A DNA stretch of 63,668 bases, filler included, from Reclinomonas americana ATCC 50394 (GCA_048213135.1; 16 parts of 16 records of this genome joined end to end with filler, not necessarily neighbours in it); one strand, 5' to 3'; positions 24,387 to 38,258 are shown, counted from the first letter of the whole stretch. Numbers and translations are program-made. Notes: generated by a model from the sequence alone, not told the origin.

Positions 24387-26896
24387 GCAGCACCAGGCGG
24401 TACGTGCCAGCCGCCGACAATGACGCCTTCAGTGTGCCAGTAGTGCTGTCGAACGAGAGCGTGTTCGGATCCACTTCGACCTCGCTCGTCACCGAGTTGC
24501 CGTCGCTGTCCACGTCGGTGGTGACATGCACCAAGCTCGCATCAACAGGCTGCATCGTCGGAGGGCGACAGTGTCAGCGAAGGCGGGTCGGAGAAGAGAA
24601 GAGTTGTCATGAGAAACACTCACGATTGGCAAAACCGCGGCAGTGACTGTCACCGATCCCAACCAGCGGGCGTTGGCTGGCGTGGTGAACACCTCAAACG
24701 TGCCGACGCTCACACCGGCGCCACTGTCGATAATCCGGATGCCGGCGTGGGTGGGCTCACCAATGGGACTGCAGACGAGAAACGAAATTAGTCGGCTGCA
24801 GTGGTGAAACGAGCCACGGTTCGACAACAAACGCCACCTGTACTGCAGTGCTCCGCCAGCCACTGTGACCGAGAGAGCGGCCTGGGTGATCGAGTCGGCG
24901 TCGAGGGAGATGATCATCGGGACGGTGCTGACTGGCAGATCGAACGCTCCCGACAGCACACGATTGTCACCAATGGCCACGGCGGCCACACCACTCGGCA
25001 TCGCCACATCGACGAGCAGCGGCTCGCTCGGCAAGCTCACCAGCATGGCGGTGCGGAAAGTGGAGATCGTGGTCACCTTCCAGCGCATGCGAGTGTTGGC
25101 TCCCATGACTCGCTGCAAGTCGGCAGTGGGAATGGCAAACTGGAAAAAGTCGCCCATGTCCATCGTGTGGTCCGCCGGCCAGTCGGCGTATCGGACGCTG
25201 CGTAAGCGGTGGAGAGTGAGACATTGGCATCACAGTTGCAGTCGAGGAGAGCAAGTGGCCCCTCTTACCCGTTGCTGTCGGTGGCTCGCACCACGAACTG
25301 CATCGGCGGCTCGTCTGCCGTGCGCAGCTGTCGCTGCTCGTGCTTCCACGACACCATGGTGATGGAGGAGCCACTCTCGTCACGCACGGTATGCGCAGTG
25401 ACGCCGTACGCCGGGTCCGGTCGTGCGTCGCCCTGTGTCACCACCACAGCCTCGGTTGACCACGGTCCCCAGCCCGGCTCGTCGGTGTAGGTCGCACGCA
25501 CGCGAACGGTGTATGGGGTTCCTGCGAATGCGAAAAGAAGCAGTGAGACGCAGTCTACCAGCGCTTTCTCTCTCTTGATGTAGTTTCCAGCACGCACCAG
25601 CCAGCAATGGTGTCAGCACACGCTCCAGCGGTCGTGCCTGCACGCGGTTGTTCGCCGTGTACCAGGTGGCGCCACCGGCACGTCGATACTGCACCTCGTA
25701 GTCCATCGACACGGCAGGATCGGCATCTTGCGGTGGATTCCACTCGACACGCACCAATCGCGAGGAGACCAGGATGCTTCGCATTTGCATCGGCGCCGAC
25801 GGCACTGTATGTGGCACAAGTCAGCAATCGATGCGTGTTCAACTCGCTCGGTATTCTTCCTCCAACAATCCCGAACCTGCGGAGCGCGTGGTGACGGAGC
25901 GAGTGCTGCTGATGCCTCCGCCAGTCACGGCCTCGGCGGAGTCGCTCTCGTGTACCCCACGCCACGCATGCACGCGAATGTCGGTGCAGGTGGTGTGTGG
26001 CTGCAGTCCACCGACATGATAGCTGAACTCGCGAGAGNNNNNNNNNNNNNNNNNNNNNNNNNNNNNNNNNNNNNNNNNNNNTTAATTAATTAANNNNNNN
26101 NNNNNNNNNNNNNNNNNNNNNNNNNNNNNNNNNNNNNATCCTTGTCGTCGCTGTGGCTGTCGACCATGGCCAGCCAGATTTTGTCGGCCGCCGTCAGCGC
26201 GTTGCCGCGCACGGTCAGCTGCGTGGCGGTGCCGACCGCGAGGCGTCTCGGTATCTCCACATGCAACACTTGGCCTGCATCGAATCGAGAGGGCCAGGGG
26301 GCGAGAAAAAAGTCAGTGTACTTGCACCTCCAATTCGCCAATCGCGGAGCGAATAACGATAAAACGATTGGTCTCGCAAGATATTGTGTGATATCTCACC
26401 AATAATCACCAGCGCTCCACCGTCCACTGGGGCCCAGGAGCCCCCGACGCTCCGCGCACACAGCTGGAACACGCCGCCAGCCGAGCCACGCACGCCCACC
26501 TGCACCACTCCACCGACATTGACCGATACCGAAACCAAACTGACCATTGCTGAATCAGCGGAAACACACGTGCCCAGGGCCGACACTTGCAAGTCGGTCA
26601 GCAGCGGCACCGGGCTGGCAGGCAGTGAGGGCAGTGCCACCAGATGCTCCGCTCCATCGCCCACCACCGACAGGAGAACTGTGAAAGGGAAATGCCGACC
26701 AAGTCGAACAAACAGAGAGTGAGTGGAGCGTGTTCGAGACCGAGGTAGACAGAAGGCGAGAGGAGCGCTCACCATCAGGCACAGCCATGTCGGCTAGTGT
26801 CGCATGGGTGCCGAGAGCGATTATTAGTGCCATCATCACCATCATGGTGGAGTGAGCAACACGCCGGCACGTGCCACGACCAATTTTCCTCGTCAT
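23956..26896 (-). CDS. Type I membrane surface protein with Ig/IPT-like and fibronectin type III domains (spans gap 26038-26137)
   Basis: Signal MMVMMALIIALGTHATLA. IPT-like VEIPRRLAVGTATQLTVRGNALT. FN3 VPSAP..VRVEWNPP..YEVQYR..GTPYTVRVRA..GWGPWS. TM SLMLVVLGAAVAAVLVLII followed by RR. Joining across the gap is inferred. Confidence 0.7.
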
Positions 26897-27094
26897 CGCC
26901 TTCTCTTCTCTGACTGTCACTCGCTCACTCTCTCTTCTCTGTAAAGTAAAAACGCGTAAAGTCAAAAGAGACTGAAGCGGTTTGCTCTTTGGTATTAGTT
27001 TCTCCTTTCTCTTTCTCGTTGTTTCTCTTCTCTTCTCTCTCTCGCACAATAAACAAAAAGTCGGAATATTTGTCCCGGTGGCCGAAGTGTTGGA

Positions 27095-29844
27095 ATGCAA
27101 AGCGCGGTGGCGTGGTTCATTGCGGTCGCCGCTGTGTACCTGCGCACAGTGTATCCCACTGTGGCCGGTGGCGACAGCGGCGAGCTGCCAGTGGCCGGTT
27201 GAGTGGCATATTCCTTTTTTTGTCTTTTTTCGGCAATCTCTTCTTATCTCACTCATGAACAGCGTCGACATTTGGCGCCTTGCATCCCCCGGGCTACCCA
27301 CTCCTCACTGTGCTGGCGCGAGTGGCGATCNNNNNNNNNNNNNNNNNNNNNNNNNNNNNNNNNNNNNNNNNNNNTTAATTAATTAANNNNNNNNNNNNNN
27401 NNNNNNNNNNNNNNNNNNNNNNNNNNNNNNAATGGCTTCACGTGGGGTGCGCGCGTCATTTGGTCATGGCGGTGGGCGGTTTTGGTCGTGCTCATCATTC
27501 ACGGTCACGCAGGTGGTCCCGAGCTGCAGACGATGCGCGGCTTGCTGCGACACGTTCTCCGCTCCGAGTATGGCACCTTCCAACTGGCGGTGTCGTCACA
27601 GGCGGAGAATGCACCGCCCACCTCGCTGCCGGTGGTGATGTGGGCGTACTTGCGATGGTCGCTGGACGAGTTTCGCTACGGTTGCGTCTGCGACGGCTTT
27701 CCTGTACAGGGATCTCGTCTTCCTCTCTCTCATCACTCGCACAGTGGGATTCATGGCGGCGGTGGCCGGCATGGTGTTGTGCTGCAGCAAGCAGGGTCGA
27801 CGACCGCGCTCTGCTGTGGCCACTCTGTTCGTGGCAATCTACGGCTTCTACCTGCTCTTTGTCAACTCGCTGGCGAACTTGCCAGTGAATGTGCCGCTCT
27901 ACGTTGCGTGATCGTCGCTGCGCGCAGTTGGGAGAGAGCCTTCTGTTCGTTAAAGTGACACACACAGCATGCGATTGTGGAGCGCTTCTGGATCCAGCCG
28001 AATGTGCTGCTGGTGCCCCTTGCTGCATGCGGTTTCCGTTCCTTTCTGGTGCGAGCCGGCCTCGAAGCGGAGGAGGAGGAGAAGGAGGGGGATGAAGGAT
28101 GTCGAGACGACGTGACACCGTCGCCATGCACTCCCTCCACCGTCATCACCTCGGCCGTGGTGGAGCGGCGTGTTGCGGCCGCTGTTGCCTTGCATCGCGA
28201 CTTTGCCGCCCAGCTCTCTCGACTGTGGTTTGCCGCGGAGCAGGAGCCGTCGCTCACCGATGTGGCGGCCGTGCAGGAGGCGCTGTGCGAGTGTGGAGCA
28301 CTCGGCAAGGAGAGTGCACTGCGCGATGCGTGCACTCTCGCCGCGAATGTGGACGGCGCGCAGACGACTGCGTCAGAGTCGTGGAGAGTGACGCTGGCCG
28401 CCTTCTCAGCACAGCAAGTGGCCGTCGACGAAAACCAAAAGCCACAAGCGGTGACGCAGTCCAGAGCACCAAGGAGCACGAGCTGCACCATTGCTCTCGC
28501 GGTGGCTCTCGTATTTGTGGCCGCCGTGGCCGTCCACCAGTTTCCAAGAGTTGCTGCTTACTTGCTTCTCACTCTCTCACTCTCCACTCACCGCAAACCT
28601 CATATGCAGTCCAACATGTCGCACAATAACTTGTTTCGCAAGTCGGCTGGCGAAGTACTGCGACCGTTGCCTCCGCAAGCCATTCTCCTGGTCATTGGCG
28701 ATGTGCCACGCAATGTTCCGTGCTGTATGCGTCGTCGCCTGTGCAGACGGTCGCTCACACTGCCTGTGCAGCCGATTGCGTTCCTCCAAGAGTGCGAGAA
28801 AGTGCGACCGGACGTGGTGTTGATTGACCTGCCACTCCTCGGTTTGTATGTTGTCATTACTGGATGGTATTCTCCACCACTGACGATAGCATGGCTGCAG
28901 GGCTGCCGTGGTACGTGCGCATGATGAGCAACCGTCTTGGCGCAGATGCGTTTCCAGGCACCCACTGGGGCCACCTGCACGGCCCCGACGGCTTCCTCTT
29001 TGGCGATCTCTTGCATCGCTGGATTGTGCGACTGAAGCGACCCGTGTTCATCTTTGACGACATTGCTTTTGTGGCCGGCCGCGGCGACAAGTCGCTGGAC
29101 GGTGCGTTTGAGTCGGTCCCGTTTGGTCTGGCCTCGCAGATTGTGGCCGTCGGCAGCGCCGAACATCAGCGCGTGCAGCAAGATTACGGTCGCTGGTTCA
29201 ACGACACGTCGACCACCATGCCGCCATCCACGGCGTTCCACGAGTGGTTCGGCACGTGGCAGCAGTACGGCGACGATTCGTGGGAGTGGTTCATGTCGCT
29301 GCAGTACCTGCGTCGACAGGACGATCGCTTCATCTTGCTGTTTGAGGTGAGTGAGATCCCGATATCGATCTGCAGTCAATGTGGCCTGTTGCTAATGTCG
29401 ATTGGACGGATGCAGTACGCCAAGGCCCTGCCACCTGGACCCGTGCAGCATCGCCTGCTGAAGCAGTTCGAGCGCACGTTCCGCCTCATTGACCAGGGTG
29501 AGCATGAGTGCATGCATTGCATTGCAGATCGCCGGGTGAATTCCTGACACACACAACCTGCAGTGCATCGCGAACCGTGGCCCAACTCGTTCCTCAACCT
29601 GGCCATCTGCTACGACACCCTGTACAACACCTACGACGGTGAACACCTGACCACTGTGCCTCGAGATGGATCGGTGTACGAGCACGTGCGCGATGGACAA
29701 GGCCTCGGCCAGAGCCTCCTGTATCTCGACAAGTTCATCCGCTACGCCGATGCCACCGATCCTCGGCTTCCGCAAGCACGCACACTGCTCGAGGCCATGC
29801 GCCGGCGGCTCCGAACCGATGCCAATGGCAAGGCCGTTTCATGA
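27095..29844 (+). CDS. TMEM260: TMEM260/DUF2723-family GT-C protein O-mannosyltransferase (spans gap 27331-27430)
   Basis: YLRTVYPTVAGGDSGEL..HPPGYPL; HVLRSEYGTFQLA; SLANLP..IVERFWIQPN; LPPQAILLVIGD..CEKVRPD. These match the TMEM260 motifs in order. Confidence 0.88.
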
Positions 29845-29949
29845 CAACANNNNNNNNNNNNNNNNNNNNNNNNNNNNNNNNNNNNNNNNNNNNTTAATTA
29901 ATTAANNNNNNNNNNNNNNNNNNNNNNNNNNNNNNNNNNNNNNNNNNNN

Positions 29950-30358
29950 GCCGCTCCCCACCCGCCGGCGCCTGCGCCTGCGGCCGCTCCCCACCCGCCG
30001 GCACCTGCGCCAGTAGCTGCCCACCACCCGCCTGGTGACCACGGTCACTCTCATCCGCACCCGCCTGGTGACCACGGTCACCCTCATCCGCACCCACCGG
30101 GTGACCACGGCCACGCACACCCGCATCCGCCGGGCCACCATGGTCACGACGATCACCACGGCCACCACGACGGAGAAAAGAAGCACAAGAAGGACAAGCA
30201 TCACAAGAAGCCGAAGAAGGAGAAGAAGTCCAAGGGCCACGGACAGTTGCGCTCGTGTTGCTCTCCTGTTGATGCCTATGCCACGCACTCGCTCACTAAC
30301 TCGCCGATACAGCTCGTCCTCCTCCTCGTCGTCATCGTCATCGTCCGACGACGAATGA
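29950..30358 (+). CDS. C-terminus of a Pro/His-rich protein with 10-aa HPPGDHGHxHP-type repeats, a Lys/His tract and a poly-Ser-DDE end (PRR13-like composition)
   Basis: Reading frame HPPAPAP..HPPGDHGHSHPHPPGDHGHPHPHPPGDHGHAHPHPPG..EKKHKKDKHHKKPKKEKKSKGHG-H|SSSSSSSSSSDDE-TGA, with intron 30246-30312. Confidence 0.7.
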
Positions 30359-30453
30359 GCCACCGCCGCCCACTGTCTGTGTTCACGGACGCCACGCACT
30401 GGCACGACGAAGACAGCTGTAAAAAATAAACAAAAGAAAAGGCGTCTTCATTC

Positions 30454-33400
30454 TCAGTGTGCCGAGTATGCAGCAGCCAGTTGGAATTTAGGAACTGGTC
30501 GGCCACCTCCTCCTCCGCCTCCGCCGCCTCCGCCAGCAGTCACCGACGACGACAAAGCTGCCGCCGACGATAAAGAGGCCGAAGCAACGGCTGCTGAACG
30601 CCGTTGCTGATAGGCCTGTTGTAATGAGCCGGCCACTCGCTCGTCTCGCGCCGCCCCACCATTCGTGTGCTGATCGTACCGATGGCCGGCGTCACCGTTG
30701 CCGACGACTGCAGCATCATCATCGTCGTCATCGTCGTCGTCGTACGCCTCTACTCTCCTTGTAACTTGTCGATGATGCACTTGTGCTTGATGCGACTGGT
30801 GGTGATGCTGGTGGTGGGTGTGCTGGTGGTGGCCACGATATGCGCCGTGTTGGTACTGGTGACCGCCACCGGCAATCGTCACAGCCTCCTCGTACTCCAC
30901 GTCATCGTCGTCGTCCTCGTCGAGACTGCTGGCCGTCAACTCGGTCGGTGACTCGTAAAAGTCCTCTTCGTCAGCGGCGTGTTGCGTGACTTGCACGACG
31001 AATGCGGCGCCGCTGCCACTGCGGCCACCACCAACACCGCGGCGGCCATAATCACTAAAGTGCGCACGGTACGGCTCCTGCTCGGCAGGCACCAGCGAGA
31101 GGCGTTGCGACGGACTGGCCGCACCGGCAGAATCGGGCGTCGTTGGCGAATGACTCCTGTTGTAGCGGTCACCACCGGCAGTCGTTCCGCGTGATTGCGC
31201 GTGTGCATTGACAGCGGCCCAGGCGGCGTCCAACCCCGCCCGACCATCATCATCACCGTCTACTTCTTCTGCCCCTTCGTCGTCGTAGACACCACTGCCG
31301 TTGAAATCGTCGGCGTACTCGTCGTCATACTCGTGCTCCACATAGCCGTGCGCTCGGCGCAGCCCGGCCGGCTGTGCACGATCCCCGGCATCCTCTGAAT
31401 ACCGCCGCTGCAACGGAGGCGATGCATCGTTGGCCCAACGGCGCCCTGCGTTCATCGAGACCACCGCGCCGTGCGTCACTGGCGGGCGGTCATGGTGGTG
31501 GTGGTAGTGCGGCTGATAGGCAACAGCATCGTCATCGTCGTCATCGTGGTGATGATGGTGCTGGTGGTGGTGGTCGCCACTCACATTCTCCTCGTCCTCG
31601 CGGTACTCGTCGTGATCCACAAAATTGACATCGTCATAACTCGAGTTCGCGCCGTAGCCATCTGTGCCTTGCGGTGAAATCGCCGAACCCAGAGTGCCTG
31701 TCGGGCTGCTGTCCCTGCCACGCGGATACCGTCGGAATGAACCGTCGAATCTCTGCTCCGGATCGAGACCGAGCGCGTCAACTGCAGCGGCGGCGGCGGC
31801 CACGGCCGCATCCAACGATTCTTGGTCACTGCCATAGTCGTAGCCGTCGTCAAACCCACTCCGATCGCCCTCTGGTTCGTGTGCGGGCGACTGACTGCGC
31901 TGCGCCTGTGGTGGTGGCGGTGGCGGGGAATACCGCTGACTGCCGTCATGCGCCTCCGCCGTGTACGACCGTCGACTGACGACCACGGTTGTAAGGCGCT
32001 GCGGAGGCGCCGCACTCGCCTGCGGTGCAGTAGCAGCAGCAGAAGGCGGATATTGCGGTTGCTGTTGTTGCTGTTGTTGAGTGAGTGGCACATCCAGCGC
32101 ACGGCCCGAGGAGCCGACCCAACGTCGTGGTGGGGCTGGCAAAGCACCGGAGAACGAGGCAGTCGAGGCACCGGTTGGCGTTTCTTGTGACGGTGAATCG
32201 ACCTGCAGCATCGAGTCGAGGTTAGCATTGCAGAGGTGCCAGCAAGCCTACTCCACCAACACAAGTAGGACGTCACCGAGTGATTCGCGGGCGAGTCGGC
32301 TGGTATGGGCCTGGCGGCAAAGGTCGCCTGCATCGCGGACATTGGTGGTGGGGCAGGGGGCGGAGCATGAGCGGGTGCTGCAGGTGGTGGCGCGGATGCT
32401 GGGAGGGTGCGAGACATGACAGAATCTGCTTGCGGTAATGGCGTCGCTGACGAAGCTGGAAGCGTTGCCGACAGTGAAGCAGCAGGTGTCGGCTGTGAAG
32501 GTGGTGGTGGCAACGGCGGCGGAGGCTGCGAGTATGCTTGCGTCGCGGGTGGTGGCAGTGGATCCGATGGCACCGGTGCTTCTGGTGCCATCGACGCAGT
32601 ACTTCGATCGTCCTGTTACCAAATTGACGTGTGAGCCATACCGCTGCGCGTGTGCACACAGACAGGGGAGAAGAACGCAACTCGGCCCGACAGGGGCGGC
32701 GTGACTGGACTTCGTGGTGGTCTGGCCTGCGACGGCTTCAGTCGTTGCTGCTGCATCGACGAATTTGGTCCACCGAAATCATCCGTCAGCGTCGACGATG
32801 GGGAGCCGGGTGAGAAGTCGGCCGAGGGTAGGAGACCATCGCCGAGCGCCACAGTCGCCGAACCCAGCGACTTGTTCAACGACATGTGCTCCGTGACAGT
32901 CAGGGGTGGTGGTGTGTAATGACTGCTGCTGGGCGAGGGTTGAGTCGAGGTGGAAGGTCAAGTCTTCAGGCACGCAAAAGTACGAACCGAACAGGCGACG
33001 GCGTACGTGACCTCGACATGCTGCGGTGCTCCATGAAACTGTTGCTCGGGTCATTCGCTCGCACCACGTCTAAAGTCGACAAGAGATCAGTGAAAAGAGA
33101 GAAAAAAGGATCTTCTCTGATATCTGTCACCAACCAGCGGCAACAGTGGACGAGAGTGCAGCATCCATCGCGCCACCAGAAGAGTGAGTGCGACGCGGCA
33201 TGGTTGAGCTCAACGGCCGTCGTGTCAAACCCGCCGGCAAGGTGGCCATTCCACCGCCCGCGGTCTCGGAGAATAGTGCTGTCGTGTCGAATGCCATGCC
33301 GCCACGCTGTGTTTGTTTATCATCACGAGGAGTGTCAATCTTTCTATCATTTCTCACACACACCGACTGCCAACGCAACATTCTTGCGCATCAACGCAGC

Positions 33401-35513
33401 CGACGCACTCGTTGAGCCATCACCACTCTCCATACTCTGCCGGTCAAATACGCTGCTGTTGACTGGGCTCGTCTCGCCCGACATGATGCTGCTGCTGAAG
33501 CTGGCTTCAGTCACCGGCCGGTTCTGTCCACTACCCTGCACGAAGCTGTCCATCAAGTCGTCACCGAGGAAGGAGGTGGCAATCGACAGGGGATTTTGAG
33601 CAGGCGGCTGCTGGCTGGCACCACCACCACCACCGCCACCAATATGACTGAGAGCTGGAGATTCGGCACTCAGTGGCGACTCGGTGACCGACGAAGAGGT
33701 GACGCTGGCACCACTTCCGCCGATAACAATGGCCTCAATGCGCGCATCCGACGCATGCTTCGCCTCCCGAGCCATTGCGCGCTGCTCACGAATGTGCTGC
33801 GCTAATGTCGACGATGCACTGGTACTGCTGGCCCGGCTAAACATGAGCAGCACAGTGAGATGATCTCCAACAACACGCACTGTATGCGGTTGTGTGTCGA
33901 GACGCAACTCAGACGAGCTCGACTTGGACGCAGCGTGCGCACGACGGTCCTTGTTCTGTTCCTCGCGCATTTTCTGTGCTCGTGTCGAACGCTTGCCACT
34001 GGGTGTGACACTGGCGGTGCTCACGTCGCCTGCACTGCCGGTGCTGCTCGCGGTGGAGCGATCTACCGCGCTACTTGTTTCCTTTTTCTTGGCCGACTTG
34101 GCGGCGGCCTTGTCACGGGCAGCCGCAGCGGCCGCCGCCGCGGTGCCGCGCCTCTTACCGCCCACGACCACATTGAATGAATCGCCACCGCCACCGCCAC
34201 CGCCAATCGGCACGTCATCGATATTAACAGGAGCCGAACGCGAAGATGACATGCCGTCGGCCATGGGAGGTGACGACGACCGTGACGCCGGCCCAGCCGA
34301 CGACGACTGCGTGGGGGCGGTCGCAGTCGCGGTATGTCCACCTGTCAGTGCGGCAGCTTGCGCCGTGGACATGGAGGGCACCGGCAGTGATGCGAGATGC
34401 GCGGCCAGAGCAGCATGCTGTTGCTGCAGCGCAGCATGTTGTTGCTGTTGTTGCTGCTGTTGCTGCTGCAGCAACTGCTGCGTGTACATCGACGGTGACG
34501 GCATGTGCGGCGTCCCCTGCGTTGACATCATGGGCGCGTACTGCTGCATGCCAGGTCCGGTCATGTAATACTCGCCCGACGGCGACTGAGCCATGTACGG
34601 CATCCCTGGACCGCCGCCACCCCGATGCATGTCGTCAAAGGCCGGCTGCGGCATCGGCGGGTACCCGCCAAAGCGCGGTGAAGAGCCTGTCCACGACGCC
34701 TGTGGTTGACGTGGCGAGCCATTCGGGGAAAAGAACTGCGCTTGTGCCATGGGATTTGGTGGAGGTCGCGAACGGCTGCTGCTGTTGCCACCGCCCCCGT
34801 TGGGTCCAATCGAGAACGCCAGCGCCAGTTCCTGGTCGGCAAACTCCAGTGATCCACGTGGTGCAGGCATGCCGTACGCCGCCGCTGCTGCTGCCTGCTG
34901 CTGTTGCTGTTGTTGCTGTTGCTGCTGCTGTTGAGAGGGAGTCGGATAACCACCGTATGGTGACGGTGCTCCGTAGTATCCTGCGTTGGTCGCACCATAG
35001 TCCCCTGCGGAGGTGCCTGGCGAACCTGGAGGAGCTCCAAAGGCCGTCTGATACGGCGGTTGTGGTGCCGAGGGCAGTGGCGGCAGCGATGGCAATGGCT
35101 GATGAGCGCCGTGTGCAAACTGGTGCTGCGGTGGTGTCGGTGGCGGCGGACCTTGCGCGCCACGCGAGCTCGGTGGACCACGTTGTTGCTGTTGCTGCTG
35201 CTGCTGCTGTTGCAGCTGTTGCGAGTGTGCGTCGTGCGAGGAGCTGCGCCAGTGCTCGGCCTTCATCAGGCGGTCACGTTCCTCCTGCTTGTCTGCGTCC
35301 TGCGATTCCACGTAGCCCCACCACGACGGGTACACCACACCGGGCTTGTTGTGCGGCCCCGCCACTGCGAAGTGCGCTGGCGGCACACCAGCCGAATGAC
35401 CGCCTGCTGACACCGGCGTGGAGACCGAGTTGCCAGTCGAGGGTGGTGAATCGGCGGTGCGACTGGTGGGTGGCGACAGTGGTCGCTTACCACCGTCGTG
35501 CACAAAATCTACC

Positions 35514-35559
<46 letters not shown>

Positions 35560-36644
35560 CAACAGTGAGCTCGTCGCCAGCCGAGTCTGCCACCAACAAC
35601 ACACACACACGTACCGACACTGTTCCGGCGATCAGAGCCGGTCCGCCAGTTGGCCGCAGGCTTTGGATATCGAACGGGATTCCTGGTCGACAGCAATCAG
35701 CAACGAACACACGTGTGGCGCGCGCGCTGGAGACGCAACGATTCAGCGTCCGTGCCCGCCGCGCCACCACCACCCGTCGCTGCGTCCATGGACGAGGCGC
35801 GAGCGTGAGCAGCGGCCACGCGTGCACGCTGCTTCCTCGCCTGCGAACATTACTCTCAGTTCACACACTAACTGCCCGCTCGAGAACAACACACACACAC
35901 ATACACACACGCACCGCTGTCCGCCGCGCTGGATCCGCCGAGTTGAGATCGGCCAGCGACATGGCACTGTCACCGCCATCGTCCTCCAAGTTGACATTCC
36001 ACGCGTATGGCGCCTTGCTCGACGACGACGACGGTGGTAACCTGATGATGATCACATGAGCACCCCTCGCACACACACACACAGAGCGACAGAGACTGGG
36101 TGAAGAGACGCAACCGCGACGAGGACGCCGCAGACGACGAGCGAGGCGTGGTGCGACGCGTCAGTGTGTGAGCCATGGCCTCAGCCTCCTCCACATCATC
36201 ATCCCCTTCCACATCATGATCGAACGCTGCTCTCCCCTCCAGCTCCCCCGCTTCCTGCTGCGCGTGCTGCTGCTGCTGGTGGTGATGATGATGATGAGCA
36301 CCACCATTCTCCTCCTCCACCAGCGCCACTCGTCGTCTCTGCTGCTGCTGCTGTCGCTTTCGAGCCTGCGTAATGACATCATTGACAATCGCCTCGCGCT
36401 TGGCCACCGTCGCCGTGCTGGTGGCGACAGTGGCAGCAGTCTCCAACGTGTGCACCGCATACGCGCACAACCAGTCAATGACCTCGGGCCACTGCGCCGC
36501 GTGCACATAGCCGCGCTCACGCATGAATCGCTTCACCCGCTGGTTACGCACAAGCACCGACACCAAATGCCGCGGATCCGCCTCCTCCAATGACGTCACC
36601 ATCGCGCTCACCGCAGGCGGCGGCGGGGGAGGTGGCGCACTCAT
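30454..36644 (-). CDS. Large low-complexity (Q/P/H/D/A-rich) hypothetical protein, multi-exon; could be more than one gene
   Basis: Long minus-strand ORFs (585 aa, 826 aa, 224 aa) separated by short GT-AG intron-like segments. No recognisable domain. Confidence 0.55.
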
Positions 36645-36754
36645 CCCAAGTTCGCGCGAATGAAATGCGAACGTTGGGGGGACAGATTGGCGGCGCGAGC
36701 GCGGCTGTCATCACGCAATTGTACCGCTTGCGACTTTTTGTGTGTGGAGGGGCA

Positions 36755-38258
36755 ATGGCGTCGTCGTCGTCAAGCAACGTGGAGGAGATTGAGGTGCGCT
36801 GATTAAGAAGGCAAGAGAGAGAGCGCACGCGCGCGTGAATGAGCTCACTGACTGTGTTTGTGTGCAGAAACACGTGCTGCGAAAGTATGAGATCGTGCAG
36901 AAGCTGGGCAAGGGGGTGAGTTGTTGTTTACTATTCACATTTGTGTGTGTCGCGCTCGCTGTGTGTGCGTGTGTGCGTGTGTCTGTTCGCATGGGGTGTT
37001 GGAGGGGTGTTGGAGGGGTGTTGGGCGTGGGGCGAGGGGGAGACACGAGCGATGTCTCCATGATCAACGACAAGACCGCGCGCTCTTGTCGTTTTTTTCG
37101 TTCGCGCTGCTCTCTCTCTCTCCACACACACACACATGCTCTCTCTTTGTTTGTGTGTGTTACGTGCGCTCTTGTCTGTGTGTGTGCGTGGGCGGCGGGT
37201 TGACACAGACGGGCGCCTGTCTTCTGGGACAACTCAACGGTGTGGCCATCTCTCACCAGACACACACTCTCTCTCTCCTCCTTCCTCCTCTGTGCGCGCG
37301 TGTGTCTGTGGGGTCTCTCCCTCTGCTTCCACCGCCCCTCATCACTGATGCGCATCACACAAGAGGGGTGTTGTGTGTGTTTGTGTGTGTGTCCAACGGC
37401 GGTTAAGTGTCGTTTGTGTGCGACATGTTAGTGGTCTCACGCGCGCCTCTTGTGTGCACCCGCGCAGGCGTATGGTGTAGTGTGGAAGGCGGTGGAGAAG
37501 AAGAGCGGGCAGGTTGTGGCGTTGAAGAAGATCTTTGACGCGTTCCAGAACGCCACCGATGCGCAACGAACATATCGGTAAGAGAAGAGAGCGAGAGTGT
37601 GTGTGCAGGCCATCCTTGCTCACTGCTGCTGCGTGTACAGTGAGATCATGTTCCTGAGGAGGCTTCGTCGCCACGCCAACATTGTCAAGCTGCAGAACGT
37701 GCTTCGTGCTGAGAACGACAAGGACATTTACCTCGTGTTCGAGTACATGGGTGAGGAAATGCGTGTGCGAGGATGGGGTGATGCAGCAGCAGCAGCAGCA
37801 GAGCACTCAAGGGTGTGCGTACAGAGACGGACTTGCATGCGGTGTTGCGCGCCAAGATCCTGCAAGACATTCACAAGCAGTATGTTATTTACCAACTGCT
37901 CAAGTCGCTCAAGTACCTCCACTCGGGCGAGCTGTTGCATCGTGATATCAAGGTGCGTGTGCGCAGGTCTCCTCTCCGTGTATGCGAGGGTGTGGTTGCT
38001 GAGTTGTGCGACAGCCGAGCAATCTGCTGCTCAACTCGGAGTGCCTGATGAAGCTGGCCGATTTTGGCTTGGCTCGCTCCGTGTCGTCGCTCAAGTCGGG
38101 CACCGGCCCCAACCCCATCCTCACCGACTACGTCGCCACTCGATGGTACCGTGCGCCAGAGATTCTGTTGGGCTCCAACCGCTACTCCAAGGCCGTGGAC
38201 ATGTGGTCTGTCGGTTGCATTCTGGGCGAGCTGTTGCTGGAGAAGCCCATGTTCCCAG
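36755..38258 (+). CDS. MAPK15: Atypical MAP kinase ERK7/ERK8, N-terminal kinase exons (3' end lost in the gap)
   Basis: [82 protein letters not shown]. This has the TDY activation loop and ERK7-specific motifs. Confidence 0.95.
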
